Source: Candidatus Omnitrophota bacterium (GTDB taxonomy: Bacteria > Omnitrophota > Gorgyraeia > B26-G9). Taken from it: 64,000 bases of DNA. The notes under the pieces were generated by a model. It did no database searches, was not told the DNA's origin, and saw only the letters and a program-made list of their open reading frames with translations. Of the stretch, positions 1 to 9,758 are shown piece by piece (position 1 is the first letter of the stretch; every line of letters starts with the position of its first letter). The position numbers were made by a program, and so were the translations under genes. The DNA lies in the NCBI GenBank assembly GCA_043826565.1, contig JBDRPX010000028.1, positions 16,607 through 80,606 of the forward strand, read 5' to 3'.

Positions 1-91
1 TTTGTATTTTATTAGGAAATACTAAGGATTAACGATTTTATACATGAGTGTATAATATTTTTTCTTATTGTGATAGATATGTCGATATTAT

Positions 92-1153
92 ATGAAAAAT
101 AAAAAAATTGTTTTTCTCATAAGTTTTTGTCTGCTTTTGTTAAACTGCTCTGTTGCGTTCGCAACTTCATCCCCAGGATATGCATCAATATCCGGGCATG
201 TAAGCGATAAGATTATGGAAACCCCTTTACAGGGTGTATATGTCTTAATAAAATGCGGTTCATTTAAATCTTCGGTGATTACGGATGCTTCCGGATATTA
301 TGAATTTCCTCAAGTTCCTATTGATAAAAAGAAAAATAAAGATCAGGATAAAGCGCAGATTATTGTGCTTGCAAAACAATACCGTCCGGAAATAAAAAAA
401 CTTAATTTAAAGCCTAATAAAAATTACACCGTTGACTTCGCGCTCAATACGTTATTTCAATACCCTATTCTTAAGGGGAAGATAATTGATAGTTCTACTT
501 CTGAAGGTATTGCCGGAGCTCTAATTACTGTAAAAAATCCAAAAGAGACTTATACGGCAATAACCAATACACTTGGTCATTATGTTCTGCGGATAATGAA
601 CCGGCGAAAAGGCAAGTATACAGTAGAAGCTAGTGCTGATGGGTATATATCCAGCGCACCTCAAGTCCTAACAACCCGTCCACGCCTTACCTATACTTTA
701 AATTTCTCCCTAGATAAGGTAATGCTGGGAATTAATGTATCTCCGGATTCTTGGAACATTGGGGAAATAGCTCCTGGGAACATAGCGACAATGTCTTCCG
801 GACAAGAAATAGTTGTCAGTAATATAGGTTGGGAGACAAATCAGACCTATAGTCTGATGGTGGTCAATCCTTCAGGATGGACTGTTTCTCAAACTAGTGT
901 CGGAAGTGACAAATATATTTTAAATGCTTCTTTTGCTGAGAATCCGCTAACTATAAATTGGAATGAAGCTAATCACGCACTTTCTACAGAAGCTCAGAAA
1001 GCAACAAATACTAAATTTGCCGCGGATCAGACCGGGGTTAATGTCGCGCCGAATGAAGAACGAACTCTTTGGCTGCAATTTAAAGCTCCGACATCGACAA
1101 CTATTACCCAACAGCAGGAAATTGAGGTAATTATAAATACACAAGCTCCTTGA
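92..1153 (+). CDS. Secreted protein: two carboxypeptidase-regulatory-like beta-sandwich domains plus a C-terminal pilin-like domain (putative tip subunit)
   Basis: Signal peptide ending AFA; two 'ISGHVSD..PLQGV..TDASGYY' / 'LKGKIID..GIAGA..TNTLGHY' units; last ~140 aa align by eye with the 1234-1707 protein. Confidence 0.7.
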   Translation: MKNKKIVFLISFCLLLLNCSVAFATSSPGYASISGHVSDKIMETPLQGVYVLIKCGSFKSSVITDASGYYEFPQVPIDKKKNKDQDKAQIIVLAKQYRPEIKKLNLKPNKNYTVDFALNTLFQYPILKGKIIDSSTSEGIAGALITVKNPKETYTAITNTLGHYVLRIMNRRKGKYTVEASADGYISSAPQVLTTRPRLTYTLNFSLDKVMLGINVSPDSWNIGEIAPGNIATMSSGQEIVVSNIGWETNQTYSLMVVNPSGWTVSQTSVGSDKYILNASFAENPLTINWNEANHALSTEAQKATNTKFAADQTGVNVAPNEERTLWLQFKAPTSTTITQQQEIEVIINTQAP

Positions 1154-1233
1154 TTATAAGGAGCTTTTATATAGATCGGTATTTTATATTAATTGTTAAA
1201 CATGTGAAAAAGGAATGAAAGGAGGAACAAGAA

Positions 1234-1707
1234 ATGAAGAAAGGGTTAATTTTAGGATTAATTATAGTTTTGTTGTGCGCGGCCAACGCGATGGCGCAGA
1301 CAGCCCAAATAGCGGTTACGGTTACAATCACTCAGAGTATTTCCGTGTCGGTAACTCCGGGCAGCTATGCGTTTGGGGGAACTGATTCCGGGCAGACTTT
1401 GTCTACAGCAGCAGGCGCGTTTGTCGCGACAAACGATGGAAATGGCGCAGAAAATCTTGCGATAACAGTTGGTGACAGCGCGAATTGGACCGCAAGTACA
1501 GCAGCAGGCGCGGATGCATTCGCGATGAATGCTTATATTGGAGCTACTTGGGCTTTGATAGATCCGGCAAGCGGAGTAAGTTTAGATGCCGGGTTAGCAC
1601 CAGCAGGAACCCAGAGTTTTGGGTTACAGCTTTTAGTGCCGACTTCTACATCTAATGCCGGAGTTGAACAGACTATTCCGGTAACAGTTACAGCATCAGC
1701 AAGTTAA
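1234..1707 (+). CDS. Small secreted Ala/Thr/Gly-rich beta protein, putative major filament subunit
   Basis: RBS AAGGAGG; signal peptide ending AMA; alternating-hydrophobic N-terminal strand AQIAVTVTI and C-terminal strand TIPVTVTA. Confidence 0.65.
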   Translation: MKKGLILGLIIVLLCAANAMAQTAQIAVTVTITQSISVSVTPGSYAFGGTDSGQTLSTAAGAFVATNDGNGAENLAITVGDSANWTASTAAGADAFAMNAYIGATWALIDPASGVSLDAGLAPAGTQSFGLQLLVPTSTSNAGVEQTIPVTVTASAS

Positions 1708-1725
1708 ATTTAAACTGAAGTTTGC

Positions 1726-1770
1726 GGGAATAGGATAGAAAGTGCGAAATATGCTTTTTATCCTATTCCC
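1726..1770 (+). terminator. Stem-loop after the putative major subunit gene (terminator or mRNA-stabilising hairpin)
   Basis: GGGAATAGGATA (1726-1737) pairs perfectly with TATCCTATTCCC (1759-1770); only a weak T-run follows. Confidence 0.65.
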
Positions 1771-1803
1771 CAGTACCTTTTAGAAAAAGAAAGTATATTT
1801 ATA

Positions 1804-2247
1804 ATGAAATCATTTTGTTTACTAATTATATTTTTATTAGCGCCGGTTACCGTTTATGCCGGAGGATTATCCTCTAATTGGGGGGAAGTTATTGTAAATA
1901 ATTTAGAACCGGGTAATACCTATGATCTTAATGAGATTGCCGGGAGTACTTTTAAAATCACTAATAATTTTGATAAGGAAATAACCATAAAGCTGGAAGT
2001 TTTAAGGCCAATAGAAGAAGAATTAAAACCAGGGTATGAACCGATTGAAAATACTTCCTGGGTGCAAATAGAGGAAGAAGCAAAAATCAATGCCGGAGAA
2101 TATAAAGTTATTCCCATAAAAATATCTATTCCTGATGATAGCAAGTATTTGGGAAAGAAATATCATTTTTGGGTATGGACGTATACTTCCGGGCAGGCTG
2201 TAGGTGTAGGATTAAAAAGCAGGATATTGATTTCGATAATAGATTAG
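1804..2247 (+). CDS. Secreted single Ig-like domain protein, chaperone-like (PapD-N/DUF916-like)
   Basis: Signal peptide ending VYA; pattern 'FKITN...SWV...INAGE...IPIKISIPDD..GKKY' and terminal strand VGVGLKSRILISI. Confidence 0.5.
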   Translation: MKSFCLLIIFLLAPVTVYAGGLSSNWGEVIVNNLEPGNTYDLNEIAGSTFKITNNFDKEITIKLEVLRPIEEELKPGYEPIENTSWVQIEEEAKINAGEYKVIPIKISIPDDSKYLGKKYHFWVWTYTSGQAVGVGLKSRILISIID

Positions 2248-2261
2248 ATATTTAAAATGTT

Positions 2262-5200
2262 ATGATAAGAAAATTAATTTCTACAATAATAGGCATAATC
2301 TTAATGTTCGGGGTAAGCAGTTCTGCTTTAGCCGGACTTTCGGAGACGATTCTGCTTACTGTAACTGTCACTGATAATGACCCGCCTCCGTTTGTGGAAA
2401 TACTTTCTCCAATAGAAGGACAGGCCTATTCCGGAAGTTTTGAGATCCGGGGTACAGCTACAGATGATAATTTTGACTATGCTCAGCAGTATCATGGCCG
2501 GGGCGCAGTGCCTACAGAGTGGCTTTTGGATGATACCTATGATGATCCGTTTGAAAACTTTGTCGTTGCGAATGCTGATATAAGTGAAACAATAAACGGT
2601 GTTTACTCTATAAAATTTTGGGCAATAGATACTGCCGGACATGAAGCAGAAGATATTGTGATTTTTTCAATTGAAAATCCCCTTGTCTTACATACTCCGG
2701 CATCTTCTGAAGAAATGATTTCACCAAATGCCGATGGAAACAAAGATACAGTTGTCTTTTCCGCATATACTAATGATCCCAGAGTCAATTGGGATATTTC
2801 TATAAAAAATGATAGCAATGTGGAAATAAGGCATATCAGCGGAAGCGGAGCAGTTATTAGGGAAATTCCTGATCCTGGTGATCCGGGTGATACGAATGAA
2901 GCGGCAGTTATCGAACAGGTTTGGGATGGAAAAAATAATTCCGGAGTTGTTGTGTTGGATGGAAATTACACCTTTGAAATAATGGCTAATTATAATGGCC
3001 AGACTGTTGGGCCGGTTGGCGGTCAGGTTGAAGTTGATACAGCTCCACCGATAGCGCAGATTATCTCTCCGCAGGATTATGATGTTATCTCCGGAACCAT
3101 TGAAATGATCGGAACAGCAACTGATGCAAATTTTGAAATATGTGAAGTATATCATGGGTTAGGGGATGCCCCCGCGGAATGGGAGTTATTAAATGAATCA
3201 TACACAATTCCCCAGATCAATGCTGTTTTATTGTCAGCAAATATAATGGAAACAGTTAATGGCCTGCATTCTTTGCGGATTGTGGTTAAAGATAAAGCGG
3301 GCAATGAATCCATAGATACTCTTATAGTGGAATTTCAGAATGAGTTTAGATTATCGGATGGTGATGTTTCGGAGGATTTATTTTCTCCTAACACGGATGG
3401 GAACAAAGATACAGTTACAATTTCCGCGCGAACTAATGAAGAAACAGCCGCATGGACAATTATTATAAAAGATTCTATTGGCGCGGAAGTTAAACAATTT
3501 TCCGGACAAGGTGCTCAGATAGAACAGATTTGGGATGGTAAGGATGATTTCGGAGTTGTTGTGCCGGATGGAGTTTATACTTATGAGATCAGGGCTGCTT
3601 ATAATAGCCAGACTTTGGGTCCGTTAACCGGAACAGTAGAAATAGATACAGTTTATCCTGCGGCGGTGATTAGTTATCCGCAGAATGATGATGTAGTGAC
3701 CGAAGGCCCGAGGGTTGATGTGATTGGAACAGCCACAGATGATAATTTTGTGAGGTGTACTGTTTATTCAGGGTATGGGAGTAATCCTGATGAATGGGGG
3801 TATCGAGATACTTATAATGAACAAAAATCAGCAGAAATTTTGGCTGTTTTCGGAGTGTATTCACCTTTAATTAATACTACTTATGGAGCAAAAATAAGTG
3901 TTTTAGATAGAGCCGGCAATGAATCTGTGGCAACAGTGGTTTTTGATGTAAATTTAGGTTTTTATATTACTAATCAAAATGCTTCTTCGGCATTTATTTC
4001 TCCGAATGCTGACGGAGCTAATGATACCACAACGATTACAGCGGATGTTGTGGGATATATTTATTCTAGTACCTGGTTAATTTCTATTAGAGATTCGATA
4101 AATCAGGAAGTAAAACAGTTTAGCGGTTCAGGAAATATTAATCAAATATGGGATGGTAAGGATGCGCAGGGACAAGTGGTTCCTGATGGAGAGTATACTT
4201 ACGTGATAACCGCTACTTTTGGAGAGCAGACTACAGATCCTGTACAGGGAACTATTACTAAAGACACAGGGACTCCTATTGCTTTGATTACTTCCCCGCA
4301 GGAAAATGAAATTATTGATGATGGGCATACTGACCTTATCGGTACAGTGGGTGATGAAAATTTAGCCCAATATTCAGTTTATTACGGTCAGGGAAATTCC
4401 CCAGCAGAGTGGCATTTAATAGGGGCAGAGACTCATCATAGACTGAATGATGAGCTGGTGGTTAATGGCTGGTATACACAAGGATTGGGAAATGGCGCAT
4501 ATACTGTGCGGCTATTAGTAGAAGATAAAGCGGGAAATAAAGCTATAGATGATGTTTTAGTTGAAGTTAATAACGGGTTTTATATAGAGAATTACAATGC
4601 AAATCCTGAAAATATCTCGCCTAATAATGATGGATTTAAGGATAGCACAGTAATTAATGCGACAGTTGTTGGATATGAAACTAACTGGACGATTGCTATT
4701 AAAGATATAGAGAACAATATTATCCGTCAAATAAATGGTTTTGGTTTTAGCATTAACTTTGTTTGGGATGGGAATAATGAATCAGGGGAGACGGTTCCTG
4801 ACGGTATTTATACGATAGAAATTACGGCTGCATATAATACTATTACTACCGATCCTGTGGGTAGTCAGATTCAGGTAGATGTTTCTCCGCCAATAGCTAT
4901 TATTGCATCTCCGCAGGAAAATGCTGTTGTTTCCGGTTATGTAGAGATTTCCGGAACAGCTGCTGATGAAAGTTTTAAACAATATTCTGTTTTTTATGGT
5001 GAAGGGGCTGCTCCTGCAGAATGGAGTCAATTGGCAGTGAATAGTTATATTAAAGTTGATGAGGTATTAGCGTACTGGGATACTCGAGATTTAAATAACG
5101 GCACATATTGCCTGAAATTAGTTGTGGAGGATAATCATAATCTTGAGACCGAACAGATTATTCAGGTTGAAGTTGATAATGGATTTTCTATAATCAACTT

Positions 5201-8200
5201 TTGGATGGATCCGGATTATATTTCACCGAACGGAGATAATTTTAGAGATACAACTTCATTTCATGCGCAAATAATCGGGTATGCTGCGGATTGGGCAATT
5301 AGTATTAAAAATTCTGAGAATATGGAAGTTAGACGGCTTAGTGGACAAGGCTATTCAGTGAATGTTTCCTGGGATGGTAAAAATGAGTCAGGCATAGTAG
5401 TCCCGGATGGTGATTATACCTGGGAGCTTACTGCTGTATATAATACTCATACAGCAGATCCGATAAACGGGACCATAAAAATTGATGCTGCTTTTCCGAT
5501 AGCAGAAATAATTTCGCCTTTGCAAGATGAAGCAATTTCCGGAGAGGTTGATATTATGGGAACTGCTAATGATGCGAATTTTCATAGTTTTTCTCTTCAT
5601 TATGGCAAAGGAACAGATCCTCAGACTTGGGTATCTCTTTGTACGTCGCAGGATCCTGTGACTAATGGCATGTTGAATACATGGAATACTAATAATCTTG
5701 TAAATGGCATTTATACCTTGAGACTTGGAGTATGGGATGAGATAGGAAATAGTGTTTTTGATTTTGTACCGGTATTTTTGGCGAATGACCTTATTTTTGA
5801 AGATGTTAATATTACCCGTGATAGGATTTCTCCAAATGATGATGGTTTGAATGACAATACAATAATCACCGCTTGGACTAATGAAGCGGAAGCAGTCTGG
5901 ACGATTTCCATAAAAGATTCTACAGAGACAGTAGTGCGTGAGTTTACTGGTCAGGGATCTGATATAGAACAGGTATGGGATGGAAAGAACGAAGGGGGTG
6001 TTGTAGTAGACGGGGAATATAGCTGCGAGATAAGTGCAGAGTATAACAGCCAGACTGTTAGCGTGATTGCGGGAACTGTTATTGTGGATATTACTCCGCC
6101 GACAGCAATAATAACCTCGCCTGTTGAGAATGATAATGTTGCCGGGATTGTTACAATAACCGGGCAAGCTAATGATATTCATCTAAGTTCAAGAACACTT
6201 TATTACGGGCAAGGAGCTGGTCCAACAGAATGGATACAGCTATCTAATGTGGATTGGAATGAAGATGGTTTTAGCGCAACATGGGATACTTCTGGTCTGA
6301 CTAATGGGGTTTGTGTGTTACGTTTGGTAGTTAATGACAATTTTTCTCAGCAGACTATTAATTATGTTTCAGTTAATGTGCAAAATCCGTTAGTGTTGAT
6401 TTCTCCGAGTGTTGATTTTGAATATATAACTCCTAATGGTGATGGTATTCAAGATAATGTGACAATTACCGCTGTGGTAAATGAGCCACAAGCTAACTGG
6501 ACGATTTCCATAAAAGATTCTACAGAGACAGTAGTGCGTGAGTTTACTGGTCAGGGATCTGATATAGAACAGGTATGGGATGGAAAAGATGAGTTTGGTG
6601 TAGTTGTTCCGGACGGTGAATATACATATGAAGTAACTGCCGAATATGATACCCAGACAGCTGGGCCGGTTAGCGGGACAGTTATTGTGGATAATACTCT
6701 ACCTATAGCTGAAATAATATCTCCGCAGGAAAATGGAACGATTATGTGGTTTATGTCTATTATCGGAACAGCTAAAGATGATAATATCGCGGATTATTCT
6801 ATAAGTTATGGAAGAGGGGATGCTCCGGATACCTGGAGTACTTCTAGCCTTACCTTAAAGAGTCCAAGAAATATTTCCCGGGAAAATATTGAATTAGCTA
6901 CATGGAATACATCGGATAATTTTAATGATAGATATACGATAAAGCTTTCCGTTATTGATTTAGCCGGAAATACATCTACGGCTGAGGTTAGAGTAGATTT
7001 AGCTACCGGATTATGGATTCAAGATGCAGCGAGTAGTTTGAATTATATGTCTCCGAATGGAGATGGCGTTAAAGACACAGCAGCTATTAGCGGACGTCTA
7101 AATGAAGAATTCGCAAATTGGAAAGTTGAAATAAAGACTTCCTGGGGGGCGGTGATTCGCCAGTTTAGCGGACTGGGGTATAATATATCACAAGTTTGGG
7201 ATGGTAAAGACGAAACCGGAACTGTGGTAGATGACGGTGCGTATATATGGGAAATCAACGCAGAATATAATGGGCAAACCGCTTCTCCGGAAAGCGGTTG
7301 GATTACAGTTGATCTTAATCTGCCAACTGTTTCCATAACGACTCCTGGGGAAAATGATATTGTAAGCGGAAGTGTGAAAATAATTGGCACAGCAACAGAT
7401 GCGAATTTTTACTATTATAAATTTTCTTATGGAGTAGGTGCTGATCCTGTTGCTTGGAACAACTCTAATAATATAAGTACTCCTGTAGAAGATGGTGTTT
7501 TGGCTACTTGGTCTACTGGTAATCTAATCAATGGTATATATTCCTTAAGAATCATGGCCTGGGATCGCTTATTGCAGGTATCTTCAGATACGATTTTGGT
7601 TACCGTGGCTAATGAACTAACTTTACAGAATAGTTCTGTTTCTTTAGATGTAATATCTCCAAATGAAGATGGACAAAATGATAGTACAATAATAACAGCT
7701 TGGACAAATGAAGAATTAGCTACCTGGGCTATTTCCATAAAGAATTCCACAGATGGAGTAGCGCGTGAGTTTACCGGTCAGGGGTCTGATATAGAGCAGG
7801 CCTGGGACGGTAAAAATGAAACGGAAACAGTGGTTGCTGACGGTGAATACACTTATGAGGTTAGTGTTGAATATAATAGTCAGACAGTTGGCCCGATAGG
7901 CGGTACGATTATTGTAGATTCAACTGCACCTATTGCTTTAATTAGTTTACCTGGAGAAAATGATATTGTTAGCGGGAATGTGGATATTATTGGTATTGCT
8001 GCTGATCCTAATATGCATAAATATTATATTCATTATGGAAAAGGAACTGCGCCGACTGAGTGGACAAACATTAAAGAGAGTACGCAAACAGTAGATAACG
8101 CAGTTTTATTTACCTGGGATACGTTGAATAGAACTAATGGAATATATACATTAAGACTTCTGGTTCGTGATATTGTTAATAATGAATCTATGGATACTGT

Positions 8201-9758
8201 AAGTATTATTTTGAATAATGAACTGATATTAGATAATCTTACCATTTCCTTGGAGGTAATTTCTCCGAACGCAGATGGAAATAATGATAGCACAACAATT
8301 ACAGCTTGGACAAATGAAGAGTTAGCTAACTGGACGATTTCCATAAAAGATTCAGCAAGTACAATTGTACGTCAGTTTACCGGCCAGGGTTCTGATATAG
8401 AGCAAGTCTGGGATGGTAAAAATGAAACGGAAACAGTGGTTGCTGACGGAGAGTATACTTATGAGGTTAGTGCTGAATATAATAGTCAGACAGCGGGCCC
8501 GATAGGCGGTACGATTATTGTAGATTCAACTGTTCCGATTGCTGTGATTAGCTCTCCTGGGGAAAATGAAACTGTTTGGGGGGATATTTCTGTAATTGGA
8601 ACTGCTAATGATGCGAATTTGTTGTGGTACAGAGTATATTATGGAGAGGGGGAAAATCCCCAGACATGGTATCAGCTTATAAGTTCAAGTAACAGTGTTG
8701 TAAGCGGCCAATTGACAAGTTGGGATACTCTAACATTCCCCAACGGTATTTATACTTTAAAGTTACTTGTAAGAGATACTGTAAGTAATATATCGGAATA
8801 CTATACTAAGGTTAATCTGGAAAATATGGAAATTAAGAATGTGTCTGCTTCCCAGCAGTTTATTAATCCTGCGCATTCAGAGATTAGCACAATAGACTTT
8901 ATTTTGGATCGGGATGCGCAAGTAGCAGTAAAGATGTATCACGTATACATTAGATTTAATTCACTTGAAGGTACATATACGAGGAGTTATGTGGATACTG
9001 TAGCAACAGTTTTTGGTCAAGCCGGGGGTAACAGCTGTGTTTGGGACGGCCGGGATTCCGGAGGGGACCTGATGTCTTATGGAGCTTATGTTTATGAATT
9101 GGAAGCACTTGCTCCTGATGGGCGAAATGGGTTTTACGGCCCTGATTATGTGCGTGGTTTTGTGGATGTGACTAATATGACGGTAAATGCTAATGCGAAT
9201 CCGTATTATTGTGAGCGTTATAAAATCGATTATGATATTTCCCAGCCGGCTTTTGTAGTGATTGCTTTTAAAAATTTAGTAGGAGCTGTTTTGTGGGGAG
9301 AGCCAAGGTCAGCGGGAGGTCATTATGAATACTGGGATGGACGTAATCCTTTTACCGGTAAGATAGTGAATAATCAAACGACAACGCTAAGCGGGTTTGC
9401 CTGGACTTTGCCGGATAATTGTATTGTTGTTTATGATGACACATTGGAAATAACTGAATTATCCAGTGGAAGCTTTTTGATTCAACCGGGGTATAGCCAG
9501 GTTAGTAGTATAGGATATGCGATTAATGAAGATGCGGAAATTACAATTAAGTTATCTGATCCTAATGGTAATTATTGTAAAACACTTATAGATAATTCAC
9601 TTGTCAGCGCCGGGGCTTATCAAGTAGAATGGGATGGAATGAATGATGATGGAGAGCTTGTCTCAATAGAAGGGGATTATATCATTGAAGTTACCGCGTC
9701 TACTCCCGGAGGAGAAACTACGGTTATTAGAAGAGGCAATATAAAAGTCTATAAATGA
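2262..9758 (+). CDS. Giant secreted repeat protein with alternating Ig-like and FlgD-Ig-like domains (2498 aa)
   Basis: Signal peptide ending ALA; 11 units 'PxAxIxSP..G...GTAxD' alternating with 10 units '(S/T)PNxD(G/N)..D...WDGK...DGxY', plus three C-terminal FlgD-like domains. Confidence 0.85.
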   Translation: MIRKLISTIIGIILMFGVSSSALAGLSETILLTVTVTDNDPPPFVEILSPIEGQAYSGSFEIRGTATDDNFDYAQQYHGRGAVPTEWLLDDTYDDPFENFVVANADISETINGVYSIKFWAIDTAGHEAEDIVIFSIENPLVLHTPASSEEMISPNADGNKDTVVFSAYTNDPRVNWDISIKNDSNVEIRHISGSGAVIREIPDPGDPGDTNEAAVIEQVWDGKNNSGVVVLDGNYTFEIMANYNGQTVGPVGGQVEVDTAPPIAQIISPQDYDVISGTIEMIGTATDANFEICEVYHGLGDAPAEWELLNESYTIPQINAVLLSANIMETVNGLHSLRIVVKDKAGNESIDTLIVEFQNEFRLSDGDVSEDLFSPNTDGNKDTVTISARTNEETAAWTIIIKDSIGAEVKQFSGQGAQIEQIWDGKDDFGVVVPDGVYTYEIRAAYNSQTLGPLTGTVEIDTVYPAAVISYPQNDDVVTEGPRVDVIGTATDDNFVRCTVYSGYGSNPDEWGYRDTYNEQKSAEILAVFGVYSPLINTTYGAKISVLDRAGNESVATVVFDVNLGFYITNQNASSAFISPNADGANDTTTITADVVGYIYSSTWLISIRDSINQEVKQFSGSGNINQIWDGKDAQGQVVPDGEYTYVITATFGEQTTDPVQGTITKDTGTPIALITSPQENEIIDDGHTDLIGTVGDENLAQYSVYYGQGNSPAEWHLIGAETHHRLNDELVVNGWYTQGLGNGAYTVRLLVEDKAGNKAIDDVLVEVNNGFYIENYNANPENISPNNDGFKDSTVINATVVGYETNWTIAIKDIENNIIRQINGFGFSINFVWDGNNESGETVPDGIYTIEITAAYNTITTDPVGSQIQVDVSPPIAIIASPQENAVVSGYVEISGTAADESFKQYSVFYGEGAAPAEWSQLAVNSYIKVDEVLAYWDTRDLNNGTYCLKLVVEDNHNLETEQIIQVEVDNGFSIINFWMDPDYISPNGDNFRDTTSFHAQIIGYAADWAISIKNSENMEVRRLSGQGYSVNVSWDGKNESGIVVPDGDYTWELTAVYNTHTADPINGTIKIDAAFPIAEIISPLQDEAISGEVDIMGTANDANFHSFSLHYGKGTDPQTWVSLCTSQDPVTNGMLNTWNTNNLVNGIYTLRLGVWDEIGNSVFDFVPVFLANDLIFEDVNITRDRISPNDDGLNDNTIITAWTNEAEAVWTISIKDSTETVVREFTGQGSDIEQVWDGKNEGGVVVDGEYSCEISAEYNSQTVSVIAGTVIVDITPPTAIITSPVENDNVAGIVTITGQANDIHLSSRTLYYGQGAGPTEWIQLSNVDWNEDGFSATWDTSGLTNGVCVLRLVVNDNFSQQTINYVSVNVQNPLVLISPSVDFEYITPNGDGIQDNVTITAVVNEPQANWTISIKDSTETVVREFTGQGSDIEQVWDGKDEFGVVVPDGEYTYEVTAEYDTQTAGPVSGTVIVDNTLPIAEIISPQENGTIMWFMSIIGTAKDDNIADYSISYGRGDAPDTWSTSSLTLKSPRNISRENIELATWNTSDNFNDRYTIKLSVIDLAGNTSTAEVRVDLATGLWIQDAASSLNYMSPNGDGVKDTAAISGRLNEEFANWKVEIKTSWGAVIRQFSGLGYNISQVWDGKDETGTVVDDGAYIWEINAEYNGQTASPESGWITVDLNLPTVSITTPGENDIVSGSVKIIGTATDANFYYYKFSYGVGADPVAWNNSNNISTPVEDGVLATWSTGNLINGIYSLRIMAWDRLLQVSSDTILVTVANELTLQNSSVSLDVISPNEDGQNDSTIITAWTNEELATWAISIKNSTDGVAREFTGQGSDIEQAWDGKNETETVVADGEYTYEVSVEYNSQTVGPIGGTIIVDSTAPIALISLPGENDIVSGNVDIIGIAADPNMHKYYIHYGKGTAPTEWTNIKESTQTVDNAVLFTWDTLNRTNGIYTLRLLVRDIVNNESMDTVSIILNNELILDNLTISLEVISPNADGNNDSTTITAWTNEELANWTISIKDSASTIVRQFTGQGSDIEQVWDGKNETETVVADGEYTYEVSAEYNSQTAGPIGGTIIVDSTVPIAVISSPGENETVWGDISVIGTANDANLLWYRVYYGEGENPQTWYQLISSSNSVVSGQLTSWDTLTFPNGIYTLKLLVRDTVSNISEYYTKVNLENMEIKNVSASQQFINPAHSEISTIDFILDRDAQVAVKMYHVYIRFNSLEGTYTRSYVDTVATVFGQAGGNSCVWDGRDSGGDLMSYGAYVYELEALAPDGRNGFYGPDYVRGFVDVTNMTVNANANPYYCERYKIDYDISQPAFVVIAFKNLVGAVLWGEPRSAGGHYEYWDGRNPFTGKIVNNQTTTLSGFAWTLPDNCIVVYDDTLEITELSSGSFLIQPGYSQVSSIGYAINEDAEITIKLSDPNGNYCKTLIDNSLVSAGAYQVEWDGMNDDGELVSIEGDYIIEVTASTPGGETTVIRRGNIKVYK
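5897..6586 (+). repeat. 90-bp identical direct repeat inside the giant gene (5897-5986 and 6497-6586)
   Basis: CTGGACGATTTCC...GGGATGGAAA identical at exactly 600-bp offset. Confidence 0.9.
7802..8532 (+). repeat. 125-bp near-identical direct repeat inside the giant gene (7802-7926 and 8408-8532)
   Basis: 7 mismatches counted by eye; 606-bp offset. Confidence 0.85.

Noticed and set aside
5388-6182. 264-aa minus-strand ORF and the many other short antisense or nested ORFs in the track
   Set aside because: They shadow well-supported + strand genes and show no recognisable motifs.
5897-8532. Near-identical repeat pairs as a DGR template/variable repeat, given the Avd-like gene at 32031
   Set aside because: One pair is identical and the other's mismatches are not adenine-specific; both copies are in-frame domain repeats; no reverse transcriptase in the window.
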